64,000 bases of DNA. It comes from Phyllosticta citribraziliensis (Eukaryota). The notes beneath the pieces were generated by a model that did no database searches, was not told the DNA's origin, and saw nothing but the letters and a program-made list of their open reading frames with translations. The stretch covers positions 496,001 through 560,000 of the forward strand of contig NW_027117352.1 of assembly GCF_038025025.1 (NCBI RefSeq), written 5' to 3'. The position numbers were made by a program, and so were the translations under genes. Shown here one piece after another: positions 36,583-48,122 of this stretch (position 1 is its first letter; each line of letters opens with the position of its first letter).

Positions 36583-39500
36583 TTTTTTGTTTTTTTTTGT
36601 CCTCTCCGCCTCCCTCCCTAATGCAATTCTTCAAGTCTCCCACAATTCTTTCAAAATGATCCACGTGAAATGTGTCTTTCGACAAAGCACCGCTCTGAAA
36701 CGCATCTGCAAAGCAAAAGATTCAATTGCATTTGACCTTGAGCGAGGGCAAAGCAATGGCGGACAGCGCATGAATGCTTCCTAAGCGCGACTGTAGCAGT
36801 GAATGGATGCTCCCTAAGCGTGATTGCAATATCAGATTCCTTCACCTTGCCTTTTCTGCTCTTGGTCTGCCCGGTCCTGGGCATCGTTTAGAAGCGCGAT
36901 GGTGTCTGCCCATTTCTTTCTCCAGCGCTTCTTACTCATAATCCCAGATGTGCCCTCAAAGATGAAGAAGTCACGCTTCATGCCCCTGAGTCTCTTTTTA
37001 CCTTTGGAATCACGGCCACCTCCAGTTGTCAAGCTGTTTTTACGCAAACCGAGCTTTTCCTCAACACCATTCAGCCACCGCCGGTCGATATCTGCGTAGA
37101 AGTCTTTTCGCCTCCGTGCTTGCTCGAGATCGAATTGCCTTCGTTCCTCGTCCTGTTTAGCATCAAACTCGTGACCGTTTTCAATGGCCTCGGTATCGCG
37201 ATCGGCCTTTGGCCACAGGTTCAGTTTGCCGTTTTTGTATTTGCCGCACATGCGCTTCTTCTTCGTCGGGTTCCGTTTGTCGACAATGTCCGCGCACACG
37301 TCTGCGACGGGGATGTCGTGCTTACCCTTGACTTTTGGAGACAGTTCCAGCTTGTTGTCTTTGTATTTGCCGCAGAGACGCTGTGTTCCATTTCTCCCAT
37401 CTGGATAAGGAACGTCCGCACATGCATCGCCCGTAGGAGTATCTCGGCGTGTAAGTCGCCGTGCAAGCCGCCGTACAAGGCTGGCAGATCCTTGTTGTGC
37501 TTCAGGCTCCCGCTGCTGCTGCGACCCATTCGTCTGCCTTCTCTGCTCTTCATCGACACGGTCCTGGGCGTCATTCAACATCGCGATGGTCTTCGCCCAT
37601 TTCTTCCTACTCATAAAGCCAGATAGGCCTTCAGAAAGGAAAGAGCCTTTCTTGATGCCTTGTGGGATTGGCACCATCTTGCCGTTCTCGAGTTTGAAGC
37701 AGAGCCGCTGCGTTCCATTTCCTCCGCCGGGGAGTTCGTAAGGCACGTCGGTACATGTGTCGCCGTTGTCGCCGTTAGGAGCACCCCGGCGTTCAAGTCG
37801 TGCGGGTCTTTGCGGGTCCTCGGGCTTTTGCTGCTGCTGTGACTCCTTTTCCGCTCTGAGCGCATTGTCAACACGGTCCTGAGCACTGTTCAGGAGCTCG
37901 ATGGTCTTTGCCCATTTTTTCTCCCATTTCTCCCGGCTAATGGGTCCAGATAGGAGGCCTTCATGAAGGAAAGCGTTGCGCTCCTCGCCCCAGAGCCTCT
38001 TTTCACCTTTTTCGTTAAAGCCACCCAGAGTAGTCAAGCTATTGTTGCGGAGACCGAGGTATGCTTCAATGTCGTTGAACCATATGCGGGCGTCCCAGTG
38101 ATTGAATTGTCTCCATTCCTCTCTTTGGTTGCGGCCGAATTTGGCCTTTCTCTCCTTTTCTTCGCGTTCGAATTTTTTCTTCCTCTCCTTTTCATCGCGT
38201 TCGTACTGCTTTCGTTCCTCCTTCTGCTCGCCGTAGAATAACTTCCAACGTGAAGCCTCTTGCTCCATGCGACCTGCTTCTGGCCACATCTCCAATTCGC
38301 CGTTTTTTCTGTACATGCCACACAACCGCGTCTTCCAAGGCATGCCCTTTCGATCAACGGCGTCGACGCATATCTGTGTGAGGGGGATCTTGTCTTTGGG
38401 GCCGCTCACTGGCCGAAGGCGCATCCGCCCTTTTTTGAGTTCGCCGCAAAGGAACTGCCTCGTCCCCTCTAGGCCAGGGCGTTCATCCGGGATGTAGACA
38501 CACAAGCCGATGGGATGCTCTCCGCGTCGCACAAGTCGGTTAACGCCGTCTGGCTTTTTGACCAAGCCGCCCGAACCGACGTCTCGCTTTGCATTTTTCT
38601 CGGCGGCATCCTCGACGTGCTGGGCCTGGTTGAGAATCTTGATGGTCTCTGCCCATTTCTTGGCCCAGGCGTCTCTTTCTTCTCCGGTTTTTGCATCTTT
38701 GAAGGCGTAGAGGAATGCGGAAAACTTCCGTTTCGGTATTCTCTTCTTGCCGGACATGTCAACGCCGCCTGCAGTGGTGAGGCTGTTGTTGAGCAACACA
38801 CCCATCCTGGCCTCCAGTTCGTTGTAGTATTTCCGAAGGGTCCATTTTTCATATTCCTTCTTCCTCTGCTTCTCCTCGCGGTGGAACTGCTGTTTTTCCA
38901 GCTTCTGCCCGTCTTTGAATTGTTTGTGGAGCTTCTTCTGTTCGGCGATGAACTGGAGACTGCGCTCAGAAAGCGCTGATGTTTCAGGCGTCGCTCCCTC
39001 TCGTTTGACCAGTGAGCCTCTTGATTCGGCGCCCACTTTGCGCTCAGCGCCGAGCGTGGCGTTCCGCCGCTGTTCGTTGACGACCTCCTGGTTCCGGTTT
39101 AACCATATGAAGTACTTTTCATAGTGGTCCATCCAGTTTTCAGCGCTCATCCACTGCGCATCCTTAATGAGTTGCGCAGCGGTATTGGCCCAGTTGGACT
39201 GCTGAGCGTGACGGTTCGAGTTGCCCATGCTAGACAGAGCGCCCTCAAGCAGCCCCAGCTTCCGCTCGAGCCTCCGGAAGAGTTCCTCATGCCCTGTCTG
39301 GTCCTCGAGCTGCTCTTCGTGCCACTGTTGCCACTTTTTGAACGCCTTTCTTTCCTGGTCGCATTTCTGCTTCTTCGTCCTCTCCTCCCATTCGTTCCGC
39401 GGTGTGGGTAGGAAAGTGCACTCGTACGTGCCCATTACGGTTGTATAGGGCTTGATGGTTCCGAAAACTTTGTACCCGGTCGTTGGTCGCCATTGTGTGT

Positions 39501-40960
39501 CCCGTGTCTCCAAGAGCAAACCGTGTGTTGCAGTTGGGGTAACCAAAGATTCGTTCTCGTCACGTGGAAAGGCATGTTGAGACGTCTCCATGTTCGGGGC
39601 TGAAGTGACGAGTATTTCCGGAGACTTGAGGGCTGCAGTCGCAACATCTCGTTTCTCATATCGCGTGTACCATGCGAAATCCACTGCACCTGGACCGGCT
39701 ACAAAATGAACAATCAGCAACTGTCTGCAATTGGAGTTTTTCAGGCAAAAAGCAAGAAAACGCCCTTACCGGTGCAAGGCTTCGAATGCTCATGACTATA
39801 CGGATCGACGAACGGGTCCCAAGAAGGCGAAACACTCCCGGACGTGGGCGCAGGCGCAGACAAAGCTTCCCAGAAGAGGGAGAAGACGATGATGGCGACC
39901 CGGGAATGCATGGTGGTGCTGATGCTCGAGAAAAACAAACTTGATCAGAGTGTAGTCGATGGAAGAAGCGAAGAGTCCCAGGACTTTTTTATCTGGAGCC
40001 AGGAGGAGATAGTTGGGGAAGAGTTTTCTGGTTGCGTGGGGAGGTTTCTCCTCATTCCCAGACTTCAACCATGGAGTGGTGAACCTTTGTTCCAGGAGAA
40101 GCTGTCTGTCGTCTGCCGCAACGCTCGAACTTCGGAAGCATTCAACGATCCCCACACACATGCCCAGGGAGCATACACTCCCTACTGCAGTCACACCGAA
40201 GGAGAATTCATCCGCTGACTCCTGGAGCAAGAGACACTGACAAGCCAACGACCCCAAGATCCCGTTCAAGACCTAAAAGTGTCGGCATTGCCCGCCAACA
40301 GCAGGCCCCTCCCCGAAGTTTTGTTTCAGGAACGATCATGGTTTTTTCACAAACGAAGAAAGGAAACGAAAAGGACGAAGAATGAATCCACCAAACTGGA
40401 CTGCCAATCGTCGCTTCAAGGTACGTACAATTGAATACCTGGAGACCAATCTGCAGACGAGGACAACGAAGACGCATCCTCGGACTGAACCATTTGCTTT
40501 TCAAATGCGTCTCAGAGCCGACATTCAAAACACCAACAACGGCCAACAACCACAATGAAAATCCACCCTCAATCCCCAAACCGCCAAAACACCAGACACT
40601 CCCGCCACCTTCGATTTTGAAAGAATGGTGGGAGGCTTGAAGAACTTTCATAAGAGGCGGCGGCAGAGGAGACCAAAAAACAAGAAAAGAAAAAAACCTA
40701 CACCAAAAACTCAACTATGGCGCCCACCACCGCGACAGAGACGACCAAAAAAACAAAAAAACTCTCACCATCCCCCTCCCCCCTCTCCCACCACATCATT
40801 CTTCCCTCCCTCAACAACCACCCCCCCAGCACCAACAACCCGGACAGCCCCGCCGCCCTCCTCTCCACGCGCGCCCGGCCATCCTCGGGCGTTTCCACCC
40901 ACCACCAGACCACGCCAACCAACCAACAACAAGGCGGTAGCCACCCGGACGGCTTCAGGG
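36279..40960. repeat. Diverged ~350-380 bp inverted repeat (arms 36279-36656 and 40615-40960) bracketing the secreted precursor gene
   Basis: Shared blocks between left arm and reverse complement of right arm: GAATGATGTGGTGGGAGAGGGGG, TTTTTGTTTTTTTGGTCGTC, GCGGTGGTGGG, TTCTTCAAG.CTCCCAC.ATTCTTTCAAAA. Confidence 0.85.
36832..39911 (-). CDS. Secreted ~1002-aa modular repeat precursor with Kex2-type sites; unknown family, candidate effector/toxin polyprotein
   Basis: Exon 1 39911-39770 encodes signal peptide MHSRVAIIVFSLFWEALSA/PAPT; 71-nt intron 39699-39769 (GTAAGG...GCTGAT...TAG) splices in frame to a 2867-nt open exon with internal repeats (NSLTTxGG; KKWAxTIxxLNxAQ; Cys-pair ...RLCGxY) and YEKR, LVKR, LVRR, LERR, LVRR/LARR/LTRR sites. 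Confidence 0.85.
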
Positions 40961-41730
40961 CTGGTCACGTCCTTGTGGCGAATATTGTACATGGCGGCGG
41001 CAGGAGCGCGAGAGGAGCCAGAATCTGATGTCGGCGCCGAGAGGGCCAGGCATGTCTGAGGGCTGCCGACGGGCGCGCGAAGGAGAGAGGAGAGAGACGG
41101 CGCAGGTTGTTTGACAGCCGACCGGAAAAGAGGACTGAGGTCGCGGAGCTCCTGGTGGAGCAAGAGCAGAATCGCCGTCCTGAGAAACATCAGCAACTGA
41201 TCGGCAAGCAATTCCAGAGGGTCGAAGAATGAAACCTACACCGTGTCCGCCTGCACACAGACGTGGAGCCTTTGGCCAGCGTTGATGCCTTCGAGGCGAT
41301 GCTCAAAAGCCGAATTGGCACCTTGAGAAATGTCAGCAACTGAATGAAAGCCAAGCGTTTCGGGAGTGAAGCTTACATTGTACACAGCTGGCCCTACTTG
41401 TGGCTCAGCACGCGGACGAGCAGCCCGAAATGTTGGTGCTGGACGGGTGCAACGAAGACGAGCCGCCGCAGGGAGTGCTGCGAGGTCTTGAGCGGCCAAG
41501 CTCGCGGAGGAACGACAGAAGAGAAAGGAGAGAGTGGTCGTGGGCGAAATTTTGGAGGTTGGCCGATGGATGGGGACGACGATGGAGGATAATGGATGGA
41601 GGATGAATGATGGATGATGATGGGAGACAGGCGAGCTGGGGGGACGGGGGAGGTCATAGTCATATCCCATTGTTGCTAGGGAAATGACGAAACGGAAGGC
41701 ACTCACCTACCTTACCTGCCCGAACGTCAT
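40698..41730 (-). pseudogene. Spliced membrane-protein paralogue 3, frameshifted
   Basis: PEAVRVATALLLVGW (ORF 40765-41211) and RAAGLSGLLVLGG..MMWWERGEG..FVFLVVSVAVVGAIVEFLV* (ORF 40698-40922) match paralogue 2 but lie in two frames; intron-like GT...GCTGAY...AG segments near 41180-41240 and 41320-41376; 5' limit uncertain. Confidence 0.55.
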
Positions 41731-42772
41731 GAGCGCCGAGAGTGCCAAAGAAGCTGCGGCTTCCGCAATGGAAGCTGAGAAGGGAGGTCGCACCACCTTT
41801 GGCCACCCATGAGCCAGCAGTTGCAGCACACGGAGCCTCCCCATCACTACTCCCACCCACCTACCTACCTACATGTACCTACCTCACTTGGCGACCACCT
41901 GTCAGCCAATCGGTCGATCACGACACCACAGGTATGTAGCAAGTACATGTAGAGAAAGAAAGACGTCGCCGTCGTCCCTCACGCCTGTCTGAGCTGAGCT
42001 GAGCTGACGAGAAGCTTGCAGTTGCTGCAGTCCAGCCATACCCCCTCAGAGCCTCTTTCTCGACCAGGCAGGCAGTCGGTCAGTCGTTTCTCAACACCAC
42101 AGGAGAAGGACCTTGGAAGGAGAGTCCCTCGGAGACAGATTGCAGGCGTCGGATCGAGGGCGAGGAATCAGAGCCGCGACGGACAATGCCTGGTCGAGGT
42201 AAGGTACCTAGCCAGCCAGCAGTCAGTACTGTTCAACAAGCGCGTGTGTGCGTGGTCAAGTGTGCGTAGTCACTGACTCCGCTGTCCAATTCCTCCCCCA
42301 TAACTCCATCCAGTCTCCTCTACTGCCAGCGAGGACCTTCCACTGCCATCACGCACCGCAAGCACCAGACCATCAATCAACCCAGCCGTGTGAGAAGAAA
42401 GCATTCCGCACGCCCCCAGAGAAGTAGGTAGGTAGACAAGCAGACGACGCACCAAGTCAGTAAAAGCGTGTAATCATTAAGCATTACCTACCCACCCTCC
42501 CCCAGCGCAACCTACGGCATTCATTTTTGCAGCTCGAAGCCCTTGGTCAAGCCCCGGATCATTTCCCTCTCCTCCTCTCCGTTCCACCGTCCAGCCAATG
42601 ACAACAAATGCCCCTCGCACATCATCCCATCGGCTCAAAACAAAGAAAAAACAGCAGACAGCTGCACCATCGCAAGAATAAATGCTGCTCCAATCGTACA
42701 GCGGGTAGACGCACCAACGAGACAAATGCTTTTTGAATGGAATGGCAAAACAGCGCTAGATGACAATTGACT

Positions 42773-45263
42773 TCATCGGTCGCCGCCAGCGCCAAAGCGG
42801 AAGCGGCCGAGGTTGAGCTTCGGTGCCGTGGGGAGTTCGTCGCCACTCTCGCCCTCGCCCTCGCTCTGGCTGTCCGGTATCACCAGCAAGTCTTCGCTGC
42901 CTTTGCTCTTGGCTGCTGCTTGCAGCTGCTGATGTTTTTGTGGGGGTGATGTGATCGGAGGGGGTGAGGACGACAGGACGCTTCGCCGCTCTCTTTTCCT
43001 GGGCGAGAGTTTGGCGACGATGGCGTCGAGTTCGTTCACCGTCTCCGCGATCGTAGACTTGTTTCCCTTTTTCTTCTTCTCTGGGACGGTAGGTAGGCCA
43101 TCGTCTTCTGCGCCGCAGCTGTCAGGAACAATAGGGGCGACATCTCCAGTGTCGACAAAGAAACGCTTAGGGGAGGTGGGGAGGGAAGGAGATGATCGCC
43201 CTGGAGCAGAGTCCTTGCGAGGCTTTGAAGATGACTTTGTCTTGCTCCAGGAAAACTCGGCAATGTTTGCCTTGCTGAACGCCTGCTTTGCGATGCGGCC
43301 AAGAGACGACGTGGGTTTCGTGTTGACAAACGACTCTAGAGGCTTCCGCGTGACTCGGGTCTTCTTCTCGATTCGATGCGCTGGAGAGCTGACGGTAGGA
43401 GAAGCTTTGGGCGGCGTCGTCGTGTACGCAAACATTTCCTCCAGCTGGCGGAATTTTCCAGGCAGCACCTCATCGTTGGAAGAGGTCTGCGAATCCTCGA
43501 ACTCTGCAGGGCTGTTGTATGAAGTATCGGGCGTGTTTGTGGCTTCGCGATCGTCCAGCTTGGATGCCTGGGAATCTTTCTCTTGTCCTTCCTGGCCCTT
43601 CACGGAGCGCTTCTCGCTGCTTGCCGAGGTGCTTTCTTGGCTGACAGTAGGTTGACTCGGGTCAGGTATCTGAGCCATAGCCTCCTCAATCGAGTCATCC
43701 GAGAAAATTCCAAAGTCCTGCGAGGCCCGCCTCTTCGAACCAGCTCTATTGGCCGAAGGGCTAGAGTCGCAGTCCGCATTGACAAAGAAGCGACTACTCT
43801 CCTCGACGTGAATGCCACCTTCAGCGTCGTGTATGGCCAGCGAATCGGAGCAAAGTCTCTGGCGCTTCGCCGGTCGCGTCACTGACCGACCAAGTATCGG
43901 GGTAGATACCACGCGTTGCGACGTCTGCCTTGGCGCGGTGGCTGGTAACGTCTGGCTTTGGGGCAGAGGGGGGCGAGACGGTGCTGGTGAAGCACTCCAG
44001 CTGCCACGGCTCTGCTGCTGTAAAATTTGCTGCTGGGTAGGAGAAGGAGTGAAGAGGTTGATATCCAGCTCGGCCAGGGGTATGCGACGGGGCTTAAAGA
44101 ACGAGTCGATTGACTTGCTCTTTTTCAATTCCGGCGTCTGCACCAGGGTCTGCCGAGTCCTCGGCATGATGGGTCTGCTTGGTGGCCCCATGGTACTAGG
44201 GACAGAAAGACGCTCCTTGGTGTTGGGATGCAATGCCCCTGTCGCGACGCCAACAGCGATCTTTGGCTCGTAGTAGCGGCCAATGTAGAGAAGCTCTTCC
44301 AAACGAATGGTAGCATCAGGTTCGGTGAAATTGACAAGACGCTTGGCTTCCGGACAATAGACCCATTGATACATAAAGGTCATCTCGGCCTGGACAAAAT
44401 CCTTCGCATAGCCATCGGGGACCTTGAATTTGCCGTCAAACTGGATTTGCCGCAGGACCTTGTCCACCGTCTTGTGTTTGCGAAGCAAGCGGTATGAAGT
44501 CATCAAGCCCATCTTGCTTATGTTGGGCAAGTAGTCGCACCCGCTCAGGATCGCCATCCTCCTAAACTCGGCATCAGTCCAACCGACGAAGCTGACGTCC
44601 TTGCAGGCGGTAAAGTCATGGCGGTTGATGGCGATGCATTCGCCGTACGGGTCCAGCTTGGTCATGAGACACTTGGCACCAAAAACGAGAAGGTCCGAGT
44701 CCTCGGATACAATCCCTTGGATGATTCCTTTTCGTTCGAGGTACACGAGCTGCGAGTCTGCCTCGTAAGGGGCAACAACATAGTCGACATTGATCTGCTT
44801 CAGCTCCTCAATCAAAGCCTTGGCCATTTCAGGGGTAACGTCGACAGCCTTTTGGAGTTCAGAGTGGGCCTGCGCGGACTTGCCCAACTTGAGCAACTCC
44901 ATGCCCTGTCTCTTGCTGTCCCTCCTCTTGGCGGCTCTCTCCTTGTTGGTGACATCCTTGCCGGGCAGGTGATCGCCGTCGAAGACAATGTAGGGTTTGA
45001 CGCCGAAGTGGAGGAGCATTCGCACCCGGTGCAGGCAAAAGTCGATGTGCTTGCGGGTTGGCCTGTCCAGTGCCAGATCAATCGCACAGGCCACAATTCC
45101 ACGATGCAGCCAGCCGTAGGCGTCTACACCAATTGTCTTGCCCGCGAATTCCCGAAGATGGCATGGCTTGTGGATCGACTTGAGCAGCGGGAGCAGACCT
45201 TGTCTATATCAGCAAAACCAGTAGAGACGAGACTGTTGATGAGACGGTACCGGAGATGCCCAT
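42773..45263 (-). CDS. EXO1: Exonuclease 1 (XPG/Rad2 family)
   Basis: MGISG-intron-LLPLLKSIHKPCHLREFAGKTIGVDAYGWLHRG; VFDG..LPGK; VAPYEADSQL; SEDSDLLVFG; ILSGCDYL; long S/P-rich tail. Confidence 0.95.
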
Positions 45264-45838
45264 GATGGCGGATACCCAGCGGCGATGGTCGACACCAGGT
45301 CAGAATGGGTAGGGAATGGATGGCAACGAGGCTTAGTAGTCGGACATGATGAGTCTCCCCAGGTGCCACAGGTAGAAGGAGCCTGACAGCTGACGGCACG
45401 GTGGAGCAAAGAGTGAAGGTTTTGAGGCGATGAGGTTGCGGGCGGATCGCTGACGCGCCTGCGATTGGGACGCGTCCGAGGCTGGAGCAGGACCCTGGTA
45501 GGCGCCACGACAAGGTTGGCGCTAACCGGGAAGCCTGTGGCGTCCACTTCAGGCACATCTCGGTGTTGCGTTTTCTGTTCAGAGAACAAATTGTCGGCTT
45601 TTGACTTGTACACATCTGTTTGGAAGCAAGATGAATATTCTCCAGTGCCAGCACAAGATCAAACCTGTCGCAAACTCCACACCAGACCATCATTCCCAGT
45701 CTCGTGCGCCACAGCCTGCCACACCGCCCAGGCCACCGCTCCACCGACCGCATCGTCTCCAACCGCAGCTCCAAAAAATATCACCAGCACATCCCCACGC
45801 CAACAGCTGCACCAAGCACGCCTCTCCCCGCCGCCAAA

Positions 45839-46588
45839 ATGCCCAAATCTCTCGCCAAAGTCTCCAAGAAGATCGGCAACAAGCGCAAGCATGCCGGCAA
45901 GGCCAGCGCCATGCACGAGCACAGCCGCGACTCGAAACGCCTGCAGCGCGCCGCCGCGCGCGACACCCGCCTCTCCAAGACCCTCGACTCGCGCAGCAGG
46001 CAAAATATGCCATACCGTACGGTCCCTTTTCTCCCCTCCCCTCCCCACCTCTCCCATTCTTCTGTCTCCCTGTCTTGTCTGCCTGGGAGATGGGCGAAAT
46101 TGCAATTCTGTGCCCAGCCCCGCGAAGAATGCGCGGCACGCTCCAGGCCGTTGGGTCTAGGGCCCAGATGTACGTACATCCGTGTACAAAGGTAGCTGAC
46201 ACCCGTCGCAGTCGAGCGCCTCGCACACTTCCAGGAAGCCCTGACGACGACCGACCCGACCGCAACCACGCTCACGCTCCCCGCCATGCACGACCTCGTC
46301 GCATCGTGCATCAACCGCGACGCCGAAGAGCTGGCGACGCTGCACGCGACGCGGCGCGCCGGCCGGCCGCCCACCCCGCGCGAGCAGCTGCTGGAGCAGC
46401 GCGTCGAGCGCGAGAACAAGGAGTACGACGGCGGCTTCTGGGTGCCCGACTTGGAGGACGCCGGCACGCTCGACAAGGTGCGCGAGTGGGACGGCGAGTG
46501 GGTCAGCTGCAATTGCATGCGGTTTGTGAGGCTGGCGCGCGCCGGCGAGAAGAGAGACAGCGTGTGGCCGCCCAATGGCATGAGTTGA
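45839..46588 (+). CDS. TMA16: Translation machinery-associated protein 16 (pre-60S factor)
   Basis: MPKSLAKVSKKI..HEHSRDSKRLQRAAARD; intron 46017-46211; RDAEEL..RRAGRPPTPREQLL..EYDGGFWVPDL. Confidence 0.85.
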
Positions 46589-46806
46589 GCCAGGATGCGG
46601 CGTGGGCGGTGGTGAAAGGAGGATCGGACATGCATATGATACCACTATTTTGAATCGTAAAAAAGTCTGTATTTGATTGGTATTCCTACAACTGACGGAC
46701 GGCATTGGGCCCAGCACCTCGCTTTGGCAGCTTAAACAAAACAAAAAAACTAGAGTGGCGAATGTTCAGGTTCTGAACCAGCTTTTTTCCCTTCTCTCGG
46801 ACGCGT

Positions 46807-47808
46807 TCAAGCCGCAACAAAGTCCTTGACGTTCTTCAGCCACCTCAGGTACTCCTTTTGCTCCTTGAAGTCAATGTACTCGGGGATGAAGATGGCCAGG
46901 GTTGCGTCGACGCCTCTCTCGGCCAGGTACTCGTCGAGCAGGAGCTGGAGGTCCTCGTCGAGCTGGCCGAACGCAGGGCCGGGGTAGATGCCTCTCCGCG
47001 AAAAGTCCGTCTGCGGGTCCTTGGGGTCGGCCATCTTGGCGTCGGGGAAGTAGAACATGTTGCTAATCTCAATGGCCGAGTGCTCGGCAAGGGCGTCAAT
47101 GACGAGGGCGCCCTTTTGGCCGTCCTTGGTGATGGTGATGTTGAGGTGCGCAGGGAAAGTCGTGCCCTCCTCTTGGCCCTCGTCGTACTCTCCCTCCTCC
47201 TCGGGCTCAACCTTGACGTTGCCGCCAGAGGTGCGGCCCTTGTTGACGGAGCCCTTGGTGTTGGCGCCGCCGGACTGTCCGTCAAACTCGTCTTCCAAGG
47301 CTTGGTCCTCGAAGGGGTTGGGCTGCTCCTCCTCGGGGAACTCGTTGATATCGGCAGTGGTGAAGCGCACAGTGATGCTGCAAACGCGTTAGAGCGTCCC
47401 AAAACACAGCTGGATTTACCTACGTCTCGTTGTTGAACTTGCGGGTCAGGACGACGTCCTCGCTGCCATCCTTGTCGACGAGCTCGAAGGGGCTGTTCTC
47501 GATAAAGTCCTTGAGGGTGTCCGAGTACGCCTCTGGCTCGGGAACGTTTTCTTCTATGCTGTACTCGTTTTCGAGCTTGGCAATGAGGGTTTGAGCTGGA
47601 GAAGTTAGCTATGGTCAACCAGTGTCCTGGCTCATAAGCTCATACTGTCATTCTTCCGCGTCGAGGTCGTAAAGGCAGCGAGTCTGGGTGCAACGGCCGA
47701 CCTCCAAGCAGCAGTCCTCGCAACAGCGGAAAGCTGTAGGCGGGATGCGGTCGCGAGACGGGAGATGGAGCGGGGCGCAGCGCGCGCAAAAGTTCTCAGA
47801 GACAGCAT
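46807..47808 (-). CDS. MAM33: Mitochondrial acidic matrix glycoprotein (MAM33/p32 family)
   Basis: R/S/A-rich presequence MLSLRTFARAAPRSISR; acidic body; YPGPAFGQLDEDLQLLLDEYLAERGV..FIPEYIDFKEQKEYLRWL; two introns. Confidence 0.92.
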
Positions 47809-48122
47809 TGCGACTGAGTGTGACAGGATTCCGCGATGCGATTGGAAGCTGGGTGTGCAGAAGAGAGGTGGATTTGGGTTGTGGTGGGAGGCCAAGAGAA
47901 GAGCAGCATGGAAAGTCGGCCGAAGTTTCGTCGGCGTGAAGCTAGCCGGGAGCACGGGCCAATCGACCTGACCTTGCAGCTCCGGGCACGTCCGTTTTGT
48001 GCTAGCCCACGTCTGCCGGCCCATCCCACGACGTACAGTTCCTACGCTGTCGATATTGCGGGACACTTTGTTCTCCTCGCCCGTCCAAGTCTACATTCAC
48101 GCCGGGGATCAGAAAAGGCACC

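Noticed and set aside
36832..39911. Precursor as a dikaritin/ustiloxin-type RiPP
   Set aside because: Units are over 100 aa rather than short core peptides, and no DUF3328/UstYa or other tailoring genes are in the window
45601..46653. 350-aa and 284-aa ORFs overlapping TMA16, and similar long shadow ORFs elsewhere (e.g. 48211-49260, 57013-58101, 58756-59853)
   Set aside because: Alternative-frame or antisense shadows of GC-rich real genes, without motifs
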